Under the pieces are notes generated by a model that saw only the letters and a list, made by a program, of their open reading frames with translations, was not told the DNA's origin and ran no database searches. The position numbers were made by a program, and so were the translations under genes. Shown here in pieces: positions 29,787 through 38,321 of a DNA stretch of 64,000 nucleotides (its first letter is position 1; every line of letters begins with the position of its first letter). Source of the DNA: an uncultured Thermoleophilia bacterium (GTDB lineage: Bacteria; Actinomycetota; Thermoleophilia; UBA2241); NCBI GenBank assembly GCA_963702475.1, contig CAVPCT010000009.1:288001-352000 (forward strand). The letters run 5' to 3'.

Positions 29787-30413
29787 ATGGCAGACTTTGA
29801 CTCTCTCAAGCAGATGATCGTCGACGGCAACGACGCCGCCACGGCCGCCACCCAGGCGCTCGTGGACGGCGGCGCCTCCGCCCGCGATATCCTCGACAGC
29901 GCCCTGCTTCCCGGCATGGACATCGTCGGCGCGCAGATGAAGAGCGGCGACAAGTTCATCCCCGAGGTGCTGCTCAGCGCCCGCACCATGCAGGGCTGCC
30001 TCGACATCATCAAGCCGCTTCTTGGTGAGGGCGGCGGCTCCCTCGGCACGGTCGTCATCGCCACCGTCGAGGGCGACATGCACGACATCGGCAAGAACCT
30101 CGTCGCCATGCTGCTCAGCGGCGCCGGCTTCGAGGTCGTCAACCTCGGCAAGGGCATCACCTGCGCCGACATGGTCGCCGCCTGCAAAGAGCACGACGCC
30201 GACATCCTCGGCATGAGCGGCCTGCTGACCACCACCATCCCCAAGATGCCCGAGACCATCCAGGCCCTCAAGGACGCCGGCCTGCGCGACAAGGTCAAGG
30301 TCATCGTCGGCGGCGCCCCGGTCAGTGCCGAGTGGGCCGCCGAGGTGGGCGCCGACGCCTACGGTGCCAACGCGTCCCTCGGCGTCGAGAAGTGCAAGGA
30401 GCTCATGGGCTGA
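29787..30413 (+). CDS. mttC: Trimethylamine corrinoid protein
   Basis: TVEGDMHDIGKNLV, SGLLTTT, VIVGGAP; follows mttB. Confidence 0.9.
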   Translation: MADFDSLKQMIVDGNDAATAATQALVDGGASARDILDSALLPGMDIVGAQMKSGDKFIPEVLLSARTMQGCLDIIKPLLGEGGGSLGTVVIATVEGDMHDIGKNLVAMLLSGAGFEVVNLGKGITCADMVAACKEHDADILGMSGLLTTTIPKMPETIQALKDAGLRDKVKVIVGGAPVSAEWAAEVGADAYGANASLGVEKCKELMG

Positions 30414-30462
30414 GTCCCAGCCCGTGAGGGCGGCCTCGCCGCCCTGGATGAGCTGCGTGACG

Positions 30463-30503
30463 GGGAGCGCCCCCGCCGCCTACCCGGCGGCGGGGGCGCT
30501 CCC
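30463..30503 (+). terminator. Perfect 18-bp hairpin after mttC
   Basis: GGGAGCGCCCCCGCCGCC-TACCC-GGCGGCGGGGGCGCTCCC. Confidence 0.65.
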
Positions 30504-30538
30504 TTGTCGTCCGCCTCCCCCGAAGCCACGAAACCCTG

Positions 30539-30566
30539 TTGACGCGCGCCGAGACCGACGTATGGT
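30539..30566 (+). promoter_or_regulatory. Putative promoter of the APC permease-USP pair
   Basis: TTGACG-16bp-TATGGT. Confidence 0.4.
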
Positions 30567-30759
30567 TCGTTGTACAAAGGGCAGGGGCCCACGCCGGGCC
30601 ATGGACACAAGGAGGATGCGACAGCCGAAGCAGACAAGGGACCCGGCCCCGCACGGTCTCGGCGACATGTCAAGGGCCCGGATGGGCACCGACGCCCTCA
30701 GCGCCACCAAGGGCCAGGCGCCAGAGTGAACGTCAGGCAGCGTACGCACGGGGGAGAGC

Positions 30760-32370
30760 ATGGCACAGAACGACTACCTTGAAGGGTACTCAGAGGAGTA
30801 CAAGGCATCCCGGATGAACACGAACATGCGCCGCGACCTGAGCTGGGTCGGCGCTTTCTTCGTCGCCGCCGGAGTGCCCGCGCTGGTCCTCTTCCAGATG
30901 GGCGGCGTCTCCGGCATGACCGGGGCGGTTGCAGCGCTCGTCTGGACGATCTCGGTCCTCATCGGCTTCGTCGACGCGTTCACCTACGCGGAGATCGCCG
31001 GGCTGCACCCCAAGAAGTCAGGCGGCACGGCCGTCCACGGCGCCACCGCCTGGATCCGCTACATCCGCCCGACGGCGGCCATCTCGCTGTGGTGCAACTG
31101 GCTGGCGTGGACACCGGTGCTCGCCATCGGCGCCGGCCTCGGGGCCTCGTATCTTCTGTCCATCTTCTACGCACCCGACTCCACGATCATGACGTGGCAG
31201 TGGACCATTGCCGACCTGGGCTTCCTCAAGGACGGCCTCACGCTGCGTATCAACGCCGTGTTCATCGTCGGCGCCGTCATCATCCTGGCCGTCTGGAACA
31301 TCCAGCACTACGGCATCCTGCGCACCGCGCGCGTACAGACGATCCTCACCATCGGCGCCGTCACGCCGCTGCTGGTGCTCTCGATCGTGCCGCTGGTCAC
31401 CGGCGACGTCGTGATGAGCAACTTCTCGCCCTTCACGCCCGTCAACGGCGCCTGGGACATCACCGGCTGGGAGTTCTTCCTCGGGGCCCTCTTCATCTGC
31501 GCCTGGACGACCTACGCCTTCGAGACCGCCGTCTGCTACATGAGTGAGTTCAAGAACCCGGCGAAGGACATGTCGAAGGCGATCATCATCTCCGGCCTGT
31601 TCTGCATCCTGTGCTTCACGCTCATCCCGTTCGTGTTCCAGGGTGTGCTCGGCACCGAGTACATGCTGCAGGCCGACGTGATCTCCGGTGCGGCGGTGCC
31701 CCAGGCCTGGGCCGACGTCGTGAGCGCCGGCAGCTTCCTGACCAACGTCATCATCGTGCTCCTGTTCTTCACGGTGGTCGTCGCGATCATGACGGCCATG
31801 TCCGGCTCGTCGCGCACGCTGTTCCAAGGCGGGCAGGACGGCTGGCTGCCCAAGTACCTGTCGCACCTGAACAACCACAAGGTGCCCACGTACGCCATGT
31901 GGACCGACCTCGGCGTCAACCTCGTGCTGCTGCTCATGTCGGACTACCTGTTCGTGCTGGCGGTGTCCAACTGCAACTACATGATCTTCAACTTCCTGAA
32001 CCTGAACGCAGGCTGGATCCACCGCATCGACAACGCCAAAGTGCCGCGGCCGTACAAGGCGCCGCTGCCCCTGTTCGTGCTCGGCGCCTGCTTCGCCTAC
32101 TTGAACGCGTTCCTCCTCGGTGCCGGCGCGAACGCGTGGGGCTCGGGGACGCTCCTCATGGGCTGGATCACGGCGCTCATAGCACTGCCGTTCTTCTACT
32201 ATCGCCACTACGTGACGGACAAGGGCCAGTTCCCCAAGCACATGTGGGACGACCTGCTGCTCGAGGGCGAGACGGAGCTCGGGCCGACGAAGGCCGGCAT
32301 CAAGCCGTACATCGCGGTGGCCGGCGGCCTGGCGTCCATGGCGCTCGGCTACGTCATCTTCTGGGTCTGA
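30760..32370 (+). CDS. APC family amine permease (MtbP-like)
   Basis: AGVPALVL, YAEIAGLHPKKSGG, WTTYAFETAVCY..EFKNPAKD, GSSRTLFQ...DGWLP. Confidence 0.85.
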   Translation: MAQNDYLEGYSEEYKASRMNTNMRRDLSWVGAFFVAAGVPALVLFQMGGVSGMTGAVAALVWTISVLIGFVDAFTYAEIAGLHPKKSGGTAVHGATAWIRYIRPTAAISLWCNWLAWTPVLAIGAGLGASYLLSIFYAPDSTIMTWQWTIADLGFLKDGLTLRINAVFIVGAVIILAVWNIQHYGILRTARVQTILTIGAVTPLLVLSIVPLVTGDVVMSNFSPFTPVNGAWDITGWEFFLGALFICAWTTYAFETAVCYMSEFKNPAKDMSKAIIISGLFCILCFTLIPFVFQGVLGTEYMLQADVISGAAVPQAWADVVSAGSFLTNVIIVLLFFTVVVAIMTAMSGSSRTLFQGGQDGWLPKYLSHLNNHKVPTYAMWTDLGVNLVLLLMSDYLFVLAVSNCNYMIFNFLNLNAGWIHRIDNAKVPRPYKAPLPLFVLGACFAYLNAFLLGAGANAWGSGTLLMGWITALIALPFFYYRHYVTDKGQFPKHMWDDLLLEGETELGPTKAGIKPYIAVAGGLASMALGYVIFWV

Positions 32371-32385
32371 GGCGAGGTGGCAGTG

Positions 32386-32826
32386 ATGGCATACAGCATC
32401 GTGGTGGGCTACGACGGTTCCGAGCACTCGGTGAGGGCGCTCGACGCGGCCATCGAGTGGGCGAAGCTCCGTGGTGACGCCGAGATCATGGTCGCCTGCG
32501 CGCAGCACCGTTCGGCGCCGGGCGTGGGGTTCCGCGGCCTCGACTTCGGCGTGGAAGAGATGTGGGACAAGATGCAGGTCCGCATCGAGGCGGAGCTCGA
32601 TGAGGCCGCGGCCCGTGTGAAGGCGGCCGGCATCGCGGTCGCCACGGCCTGCACCCCGGACCGCGCCGACGAGAGCATCATCAAGATCGCCCGCGACACG
32701 GGCGCGCAGCTCATCGTGCTCGGCGTCAAGGGCGCGGGTTCTGTGGAGAAGCAGCGCACTGCCGTGGGCTCGACCACGACGCGCGTGCTCCAGGAAGCGG
32801 GCGGCATACCCGTGCTGGTCGTCTAA
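32386..32826 (+). CDS. Universal stress protein
   Basis: MAYSIVVGYDGSE, GSTTTRVL...PVLVV; paralog of 25862-26317. Confidence 0.9.
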   Translation: MAYSIVVGYDGSEHSVRALDAAIEWAKLRGDAEIMVACAQHRSAPGVGFRGLDFGVEEMWDKMQVRIEAELDEAAARVKAAGIAVATACTPDRADESIIKIARDTGAQLIVLGVKGAGSVEKQRTAVGSTTTRVLQEAGGIPVLVV

Positions 32827-32855
32827 GGGCGCGACACCCCGCGCCCGCAGCGTTC

Positions 32856-32900
32856 GAGGCCGCGGCGAAGCCCAGCTCTACCGGGCTTCGCCGCGGCCTC
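32856..32900. terminator. Perfect 18-bp hairpin between convergent genes
   Basis: GAGGCCGCGGCGAAGCCC...GGGCTTCGCCGCGGCCTC. Confidence 0.6.
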
Positions 32901-33447
32901 CGGCGTCGCGGTCGCCGTTCTCCACGGACTCTTCGTCGTCGAGATCGTCGTCCTCGTCGTCCAGCAGCCCCCGCGCGTCAAGCCACTCCACCACGTCGCG
33001 CGCCCGCTGGGCGACGTCCTCGTGAGGGTCTTCTGCGAGCCACCTCAGGCCGTCGCCTGCCGGAGCGCCGATGCGCTGCAGACACTCGAACGCGAGGATC
33101 TGGAACAGGACCCTGACCCGCTCGTCCCCGTACTCGTCAAAGGCTCGCACCGCCGCCACGAGCGGGTCGACGGCCGGCTCGCCGAGCTTGACGAGGACGA
33201 CGACGCACTGATCCAGCATCTTGATGCTACGCTGCGGCAGCATCTTGCGGCGGCCGACGGCGTGATCCTGAGCCCAGACGGCGGTCTCGTAAAGGTACTC
33301 CACGAGGGCCGGCACGTCTTTGCGTAGCGACGCCAGAGCCGCGCGACCGACCTTGGGCTCCTTGGTGTACAAGGCCCAGTCCACCAGGCGCGGAAAATCG
33401 CCCTTGCGCCTCATCTGCTCGAAGTCCGGGCCGTCGAAGATGCCCAC
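32878..33447 (-). CDS. HEAT-repeat-like hypothetical protein
   Basis: GTG after GGAGG; MGIFDGPDFEQMRRKGD, LVKLGEPAVDPLVAA, LQRIGAPA; acidic tail; TAG stop. Confidence 0.65.
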   Translation of the reverse strand: MGIFDGPDFEQMRRKGDFPRLVDWALYTKEPKVGRAALASLRKDVPALVEYLYETAVWAQDHAVGRRKMLPQRSIKMLDQCVVVLVKLGEPAVDPLVAAVRAFDEYGDERVRVLFQILAFECLQRIGAPAGDGLRWLAEDPHEDVAQRARDVVEWLDARGLLDDEDDDLDDEESVENGDRDAGGRGEAR

Positions 33448-33686
33448 ATCCACCTCCACGGCGATCCCCTGAGGTCCGTCGCCGCGCTCGCAGTGTACCG
33501 GCGCCCTGACCGGCACGCCAGTGAGGTATACACCCTCAGCGCCGGCCGGCGGGGCGGCAGTGGCGACGTCCCGGGCGTACCATGGATGCGAGAGAGGCGG
33601 AGACCGCGAGCCGCGTTTGACGCCAAATACCCCCATAGGTATGTTGTCCCACAACCGCACGAGCGCTACCGAAGAGAGGAGAGGGC

Positions 33687-34031
33687 ATGCAAGGCCGCGT
33701 GGACATCGAGGCCGGGATCTGCCTCCACAAGACCTCGGCCGTGGCTTCCACGGACGACATGCGCATGGTGACCTTCAGCATGGAGACGACCTGCGCCAAC
33801 ATCGAGCGCCTCATGGAGATCGTGGCCAACGGCGAGGCGTTCGACGCGTACCACGAGATCGACACGCGCGTGGAGAGCGACATCGTCGCGGCGGGGAAGA
33901 CGGCGCGCGTCTGCACCGACTGCGTCGTCCCCGTCTCGCTGCTCAAGGCCATGCGCATCGCCGCGGGACTGGCGATGGTCAAGGACGTACATGTCTCCGT
34001 GGTGGAGGGCGACCAGCCGGCTCAGAGCTGA
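33687..34031 (+). CDS. Small Cys-containing protein (DUF6951-like)
   Basis: IEAGICLHKT, ETTC.NI, CTDCVVPVSLLKAMRIAAGLA; SD GAGGAG. Confidence 0.65.
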   Translation: MQGRVDIEAGICLHKTSAVASTDDMRMVTFSMETTCANIERLMEIVANGEAFDAYHEIDTRVESDIVAAGKTARVCTDCVVPVSLLKAMRIAAGLAMVKDVHVSVVEGDQPAQS

Positions 34032-34201
34032 CGCCCGCGCCGGTCTGTACGGCGGAGGGGGCGCCCGCGCTCCTTCCTGGCCTTGCCAGCGCTTGCCGGG
34101 CGGCCCACAATACGCTGAAGCGCGAGCCACAGGGATCGGGTACCTGAGGCGCTCCGTCCCTGAGGCTCGCGCTCGTTCGTCCCCGGCCAGGAGGAGTGAG
34201 G

Positions 34202-35011
34202 ATGACGCCCGACGTCACAGCCGATGCCGCAGCCATGAAGGAGGCTTGGCGCGCCGCCGCCGCCGAGCACGGGTTCGAGCTCTTCGGAGCTGTCTCAGCC
34301 GAGGTGTTGGCCGAGGTGCCGTTTCCGCCCAACCGCTGCCTGGACGTGCCGGAGGGCTTCCTGCCGGGCGCGCGCAGCGTGCTCGTCCTCGGCATGCACA
34401 TCTGGGACCCCATGCAGAACGCCGTGGTCACCTCGGTGCTGCCCGATGGCGCCATACCCTTCGACGACGTGCCCGGCTCGCAGTACTACAACATGTACTA
34501 CGAGCTTACCGAGGCGCGTGCGCACCGCTTCTCCGAGACCGTGCGTGAGGCGGGCTACCGCACGGCCGTCACGCACTTCGTCCACGCCAAGGCAGCCGCC
34601 ACGCTCGCGGGCCTCGGCTGGGTCGGCAGGCAGACGCTCGTGCTCACGCCCGAGCTCGGCCCGCACGTACGCTGGGCCTGCGTCGTGACCGACGCCGTGC
34701 TGCCATACGACGAGCCCTTCACGGATGATCTGTGCGAGGGGTGCCCCGACCTGTGCATCAAGGCCTGCCCGACACAGGCCATCGCCCCTGGGCCGTCCAA
34801 GGGGGTCGAGCCCGGCAAGAAGGTCGACTTCTGGAAGTGCATCGTGCCGCAGGAGATGCTGGCCGAGCCCAACAAAGCCTGGGAGAAGTGGGCCGGCCAC
34901 TACTCGGAACGCGGCAGCCACGAGTGCCTCATCTGCCTGGACGCCTGCCCTGTGGGCAGGGAAGAGCACGAGCGACGCGTGGCCGCGTACCGCACGAAAC
35001 CGACGGCCTGA
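34202..35011 (+). CDS. Epoxyqueuosine reductase (QueG)-like 4Fe-4S protein
   Basis: PGARSVLVLG, AATLAGLGWVG...TPELGP.VR, CEGCPDLCIKACP and CLICLDACP. Confidence 0.8.
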   Translation: MTPDVTADAAAMKEAWRAAAAEHGFELFGAVSAEVLAEVPFPPNRCLDVPEGFLPGARSVLVLGMHIWDPMQNAVVTSVLPDGAIPFDDVPGSQYYNMYYELTEARAHRFSETVREAGYRTAVTHFVHAKAAATLAGLGWVGRQTLVLTPELGPHVRWACVVTDAVLPYDEPFTDDLCEGCPDLCIKACPTQAIAPGPSKGVEPGKKVDFWKCIVPQEMLAEPNKAWEKWAGHYSERGSHECLICLDACPVGREEHERRVAAYRTKPTA

Positions 35012-35021
35012 GCGGCCCGTC

Positions 35022-35062
35022 GGGGCGGCGCCGGAGGTCGTCAGGACCTCCGGCGCCGCCCC
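35022..35062 (+). terminator. 18-bp hairpin at the right edge of the island
   Basis: GGGGCGGCGCCGGAGGTC-GTCAG-GACCTCCGGCGCCGCCCC. Confidence 0.62.
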
Positions 35063-35107
35063 CGATGAGCCAATGTGACATCGTCAAAGCCTGCGCTTTG
35101 CAGCGAA

Positions 35108-35137
35108 TTGACTTTGTGAGCGTGCATCACCTACTAT
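35108..35137 (+). promoter_or_regulatory. Putative sigma-A promoter upstream of ncRNA/rny
   Basis: TTGACT-18bp-TACTAT. Confidence 0.6.
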
Positions 35138-35177
35138 CCTCGTGCGCGTCGCGTGCGCGTGCTTTGTGTCTTACATT

Positions 35178-35340
35178 CTCGCTCTTGCATAGCGATACGA
35201 GCGGTGCTCAGGCGCCGATTGGCTGAAACCACCGAGACAGGGGTCAATTTGGGAGCTTTGGGAGGTTGCACTACCTGATCCATCCGTCCCGACCCCTGGA
35301 CGTCGACAGCTGAGACCTATCTATCGTGTGCACGAGTGAG
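35178..35340 (+). ncRNA. Rod-shaped structured RNA, 6S-like candidate
   Basis: Nested pairings CTCGCTC/GAGTGAG, TGCAT/GTGCA, GCGATA/TATCGT, CTCAG/CTGAG, CAGGGGTC/GACCCCTG, GGGA/TCCC with an internal bubble; flanked by a promoter and a U-tailed terminator; upstream of rny. Confidence 0.5.
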
Positions 35341-35349
35341 TGCGGCACT

Positions 35350-35375
35350 GGCCGGGCGCGTCGCCCGGCCTTTTT
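35350..35375 (+). terminator. Intrinsic terminator
   Basis: GGCCGGGCG-CGT-CGCCCGGCC-TTTTT. Confidence 0.75.
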
Positions 35376-35405
35376 CGTGCCGCGTGACCTGCGAAGAGAT
35401 AGGAC

Positions 35406-36941
35406 GTGATGATGATTGCCGTGTACATCGTGGTGGGCCTGGCGGTCGGCTTCGCGGTCGGCTACCTGGTCCGCCGCAACCTCGCCTCCAGCAAGCTGGC
35501 GGGGGCAGAGCGAGAAGCGGAGCGAACGCTACGCGAGGCCAGACGTGAGGCGGACACCCTTCTGAAGGAGGCGCGCCTCGAGGCCAAGGAAGAGGTGCAC
35601 AAGGTACGCAGCGAGGTCGAGGCAGAGCTGCGTGACCGGCGGGACGAGATCGCGAAGACCGAAGCACGCGTCCTGCAGCGCGAGGAGCAGCTTGACGCCC
35701 GCGCCGCCGAACAGGACCGTCGCGAGCAGTCCCTGCGCGACCGCGAGGCGAACTCGCAGCGCCTCGCCGACGAGCTGCAACTCGCCCACGACGAGGCCAT
35801 GATCCAGCTCGAGCGCATCTCAGGCCTGAGTGCCGCGCAGGCCAAGGACATGCTCCTCAAACAGACCGAGGACGAGGCCCGCCACGAGATGGCCAAGCTC
35901 ATCCGCCAGGTCGAGGAGGAGGCGCGCCGCGAGGCCGACCGGCGCGCCCGCAACGTCCTTTCGCTGAGCATCCAGCGCACGGCCGCCAACCACGTGGCCG
36001 AGACCACCGTCTCCGTCGTCAACCTGCCGTCGGACGACATGAAGGGGCGCATCATCGGCCGCGAGGGTCGCAACATCCGCACCCTCGAGAACATCACCGG
36101 CATCGACTTCATCATCGACGACACGCCCGAGGCCGTCGTGCTCTCCGGCTTCGACGGCGTGCGCCGCGAGACCGCCCGGCTCACCCTCAGCAAACTCATC
36201 ACCGACGGGCGCATCCACCCGGCGCGCATCGAGGAGACCTACAACCAGGCCAAGGCCGAGGTGGAGGCCGCCATGGAAGAGGCCGGTGAACAGGCCTGCT
36301 TCGACACCAACGTGCACGGCGTGGCGCCCGAGCTCGTCAAGGTCCTCGGGCGCCTCAAGTACCGCACCAGTTACGGCCAGAACGTGCTCAACCACTCCAT
36401 CGAGGTCGCGCACCTCGCCGGCATCATGGCCGCGGAGCTCGGCGCCAACGTCAAGATCGCCAAACGCGCCGGCCTGCTGCACGACATCGGCAAGGCGGTC
36501 GACCACGAGGTCGACGGATCGCACGCCGACATCTCCAATCAGCTCTGCAAGAAGTACCGCGAGTCGCAGAGCGTGTGCCACGCCATCCAGGCGCACCACC
36601 AGGACATCGAGCCGCAGACGGTCGAGGCCGTGATCGTCCAGGCCGCGGACGCCATCTCGGCGGCCCGCCCGGGGGCGCGCCGCGAGTCGCTGGAGAACTA
36701 CATCCAGCGCCTGGAGGCCCTGGAGCACATCGCGGAGAGCAAGAAGGGCGTGGAGAAGTGCTTCGCCATGCAGGCGGGGCGCGAGGTGCGCGTGATGGTC
36801 AAGCCCGCCGAGATCGACGACGACACCACGGTGCTGCTGGCTCGCGAGATCGCTCGCGACATCGAGGACCAGCTCGACTACCCGGGGCAGATCCGCGTCA
36901 CCGTCATCCGCGAGAGCCGGGCCGTCGACATCGCGAAGTAA
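35406..36941 (+). CDS. rny: Ribonuclease Y
   Basis: TM anchor, coiled coil, KH ([14 protein letters not shown]), HD (GLLHDIGKA), [11 protein letters not shown]. Confidence 0.97.
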   Translation: MMMIAVYIVVGLAVGFAVGYLVRRNLASSKLAGAEREAERTLREARREADTLLKEARLEAKEEVHKVRSEVEAELRDRRDEIAKTEARVLQREEQLDARAAEQDRREQSLRDREANSQRLADELQLAHDEAMIQLERISGLSAAQAKDMLLKQTEDEARHEMAKLIRQVEEEARREADRRARNVLSLSIQRTAANHVAETTVSVVNLPSDDMKGRIIGREGRNIRTLENITGIDFIIDDTPEAVVLSGFDGVRRETARLTLSKLITDGRIHPARIEETYNQAKAEVEAAMEEAGEQACFDTNVHGVAPELVKVLGRLKYRTSYGQNVLNHSIEVAHLAGIMAAELGANVKIAKRAGLLHDIGKAVDHEVDGSHADISNQLCKKYRESQSVCHAIQAHHQDIEPQTVEAVIVQAADAISAARPGARRESLENYIQRLEALEHIAESKKGVEKCFAMQAGREVRVMVKPAEIDDDTTVLLAREIARDIEDQLDYPGQIRVTVIRESRAVDIAK

Positions 36942-36977
36942 GGCGCGCCGTCGGCGCGCCCATCGCGAGAGGCCACG

Positions 36978-38297
36978 ATGAGCGGCACGTACTACCTGCG
37001 CTCGTTCGGGTGCCAGATGAACGAGCACGACGCCGAGCGCATCCGCGCGCTCCTCGAGGGGCGCGGCCTCGAGCAGACGGCCGCGCCCGACGACGCCGAT
37101 GTGCTCGTGTTCAACACGTGCACGGTGCGCAAGAGCGCGGACGACCGCCTGGCCGGACACCTGGGCACCGCGGCCCGGCTCAAGCGGGAGCGCCCGGGCC
37201 GCATCGTGCTCGTGACCGGCTGCCTGCCGCAGGCGGAGCAGGCAGGCTTCTTCGCGCGCTTCCCGTTCGTGGACGGAGCCCTGGGGCCGCAGAACCTGCA
37301 CCGCCTGCCCGAGCTTCTGGATGTGGCCGTGGAGCCCGCCGGCCGGCCGGTCGGGTTCTTCGACGACGGACCGGCGATGAGCGGCGACCTGGCCGCGCGG
37401 CGCGAGCGCCCGTACCAGGCCTGGGTGCAGATCATGAGCGGCTGCACCAACTACTGCTCGTACTGCATCGTGCCCTACGTGCGCGGGCCCGAGCGCAGCC
37501 GCGAGCCGGAGAGGGTGGTGGCCGAGGTGCGCGACCTCGTGGCCGACGGTGTGCGCGAGGTCACCCTCCTCGGCCAGAACGTCAACTCCTACGGGCTTGA
37601 CCTGCCGGCGGCGGGGAGTGGGGAGGCGCCGGACTTCCCGGCTCTGCTCCGCGCCCTCGACGAGATCCCCGGCCTCGGCCGCGTGCGTTTCATGACGTCA
37701 CACCCCAAAGACCTCTCCGACGGTCTGGTGCGCGCCATCGCCGAGCTGCCGAGCGTGTGCGAGCACGTGCATCTGCCGGCGCAGTCGGGAGACGATCGCA
37801 TCCTGGCCGCCATGAACAGGGGCTACAGCGCCGCCGAGTACCTGGGCCGCGTGCGCGCGCTGCGCGAGGCCGCCCCCGACCTCTCGCTGACCACCGATCT
37901 CATCGCCGGCTTCCCCGGCGAGACCGAGGTGGAGTTCGAGCGCACGCTGCAGCTGGTCCGCGAAGCCGCCTTCGACGCCGCGTTCACCTTCGTGTTCTCG
38001 CCCCGGGACGGCACGGCCGCTGCGACCTTGCCCCATCAGGTGCCGGATGACGTCAAGCGCGACCGCGTGGAGCGCCTCATCGCGCTCACCCAGAAGCTGG
38101 CTCTGGCCTCGCGCACGCGCTGGGTCGGACGCCGCGCCGAGATCCTCATCGAGGGTGCCAGCCGGGACGGCCGGCTGCTGCGTGGGCGCACCCGCCAGAA
38201 CGTCACTGTGAACGTCGACGGTGCTGCGGAGCCCGGTGCTATAGTGGAGACACGCATCACCGCGGCGACCTCGACCACGCTGCGCGGCACGATCTGA
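36978..38297 (+). CDS. miaB: tRNA-i6A37 methylthiotransferase MiaB
   Basis: SFGCQMNEHDAE, NTCTVR, CTNYCSYC, GQNVNSYG, TSHPKD. Confidence 0.95.
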   Translation: MSGTYYLRSFGCQMNEHDAERIRALLEGRGLEQTAAPDDADVLVFNTCTVRKSADDRLAGHLGTAARLKRERPGRIVLVTGCLPQAEQAGFFARFPFVDGALGPQNLHRLPELLDVAVEPAGRPVGFFDDGPAMSGDLAARRERPYQAWVQIMSGCTNYCSYCIVPYVRGPERSREPERVVAEVRDLVADGVREVTLLGQNVNSYGLDLPAAGSGEAPDFPALLRALDEIPGLGRVRFMTSHPKDLSDGLVRAIAELPSVCEHVHLPAQSGDDRILAAMNRGYSAAEYLGRVRALREAAPDLSLTTDLIAGFPGETEVEFERTLQLVREAAFDAAFTFVFSPRDGTAAATLPHQVPDDVKRDRVERLIALTQKLALASRTRWVGRRAEILIEGASRDGRLLRGRTRQNVTVNVDGAAEPGAIVETRITAATSTTLRGTI

Positions 38298-38321
38298 CGG
38301 CGGACGCAGGAGGTGCCCACC

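Larger units (their letters stand above)
8499..35062. other. Methylamine utilisation island (Pyl-dependent mtm/mtb/mtt modules, permeases, USPs, two-component system)
   Basis: Block of amine catabolism genes between recX and rny; no integrase or att repeat seen. Confidence 0.8.

Noticed and set aside
30570-30720. ANTAR twin-hairpin motif
   Set aside because: The AAGGG segments lack closing stems and the island regulator is LuxR-type
8469-35405. tRNA-Pyl (pylT) or pylSBCD inside the island
   Set aside because: No CTCTAAA-type anticodon loop or PylS/B/C/D-like ORF seen; they must be elsewhere if present
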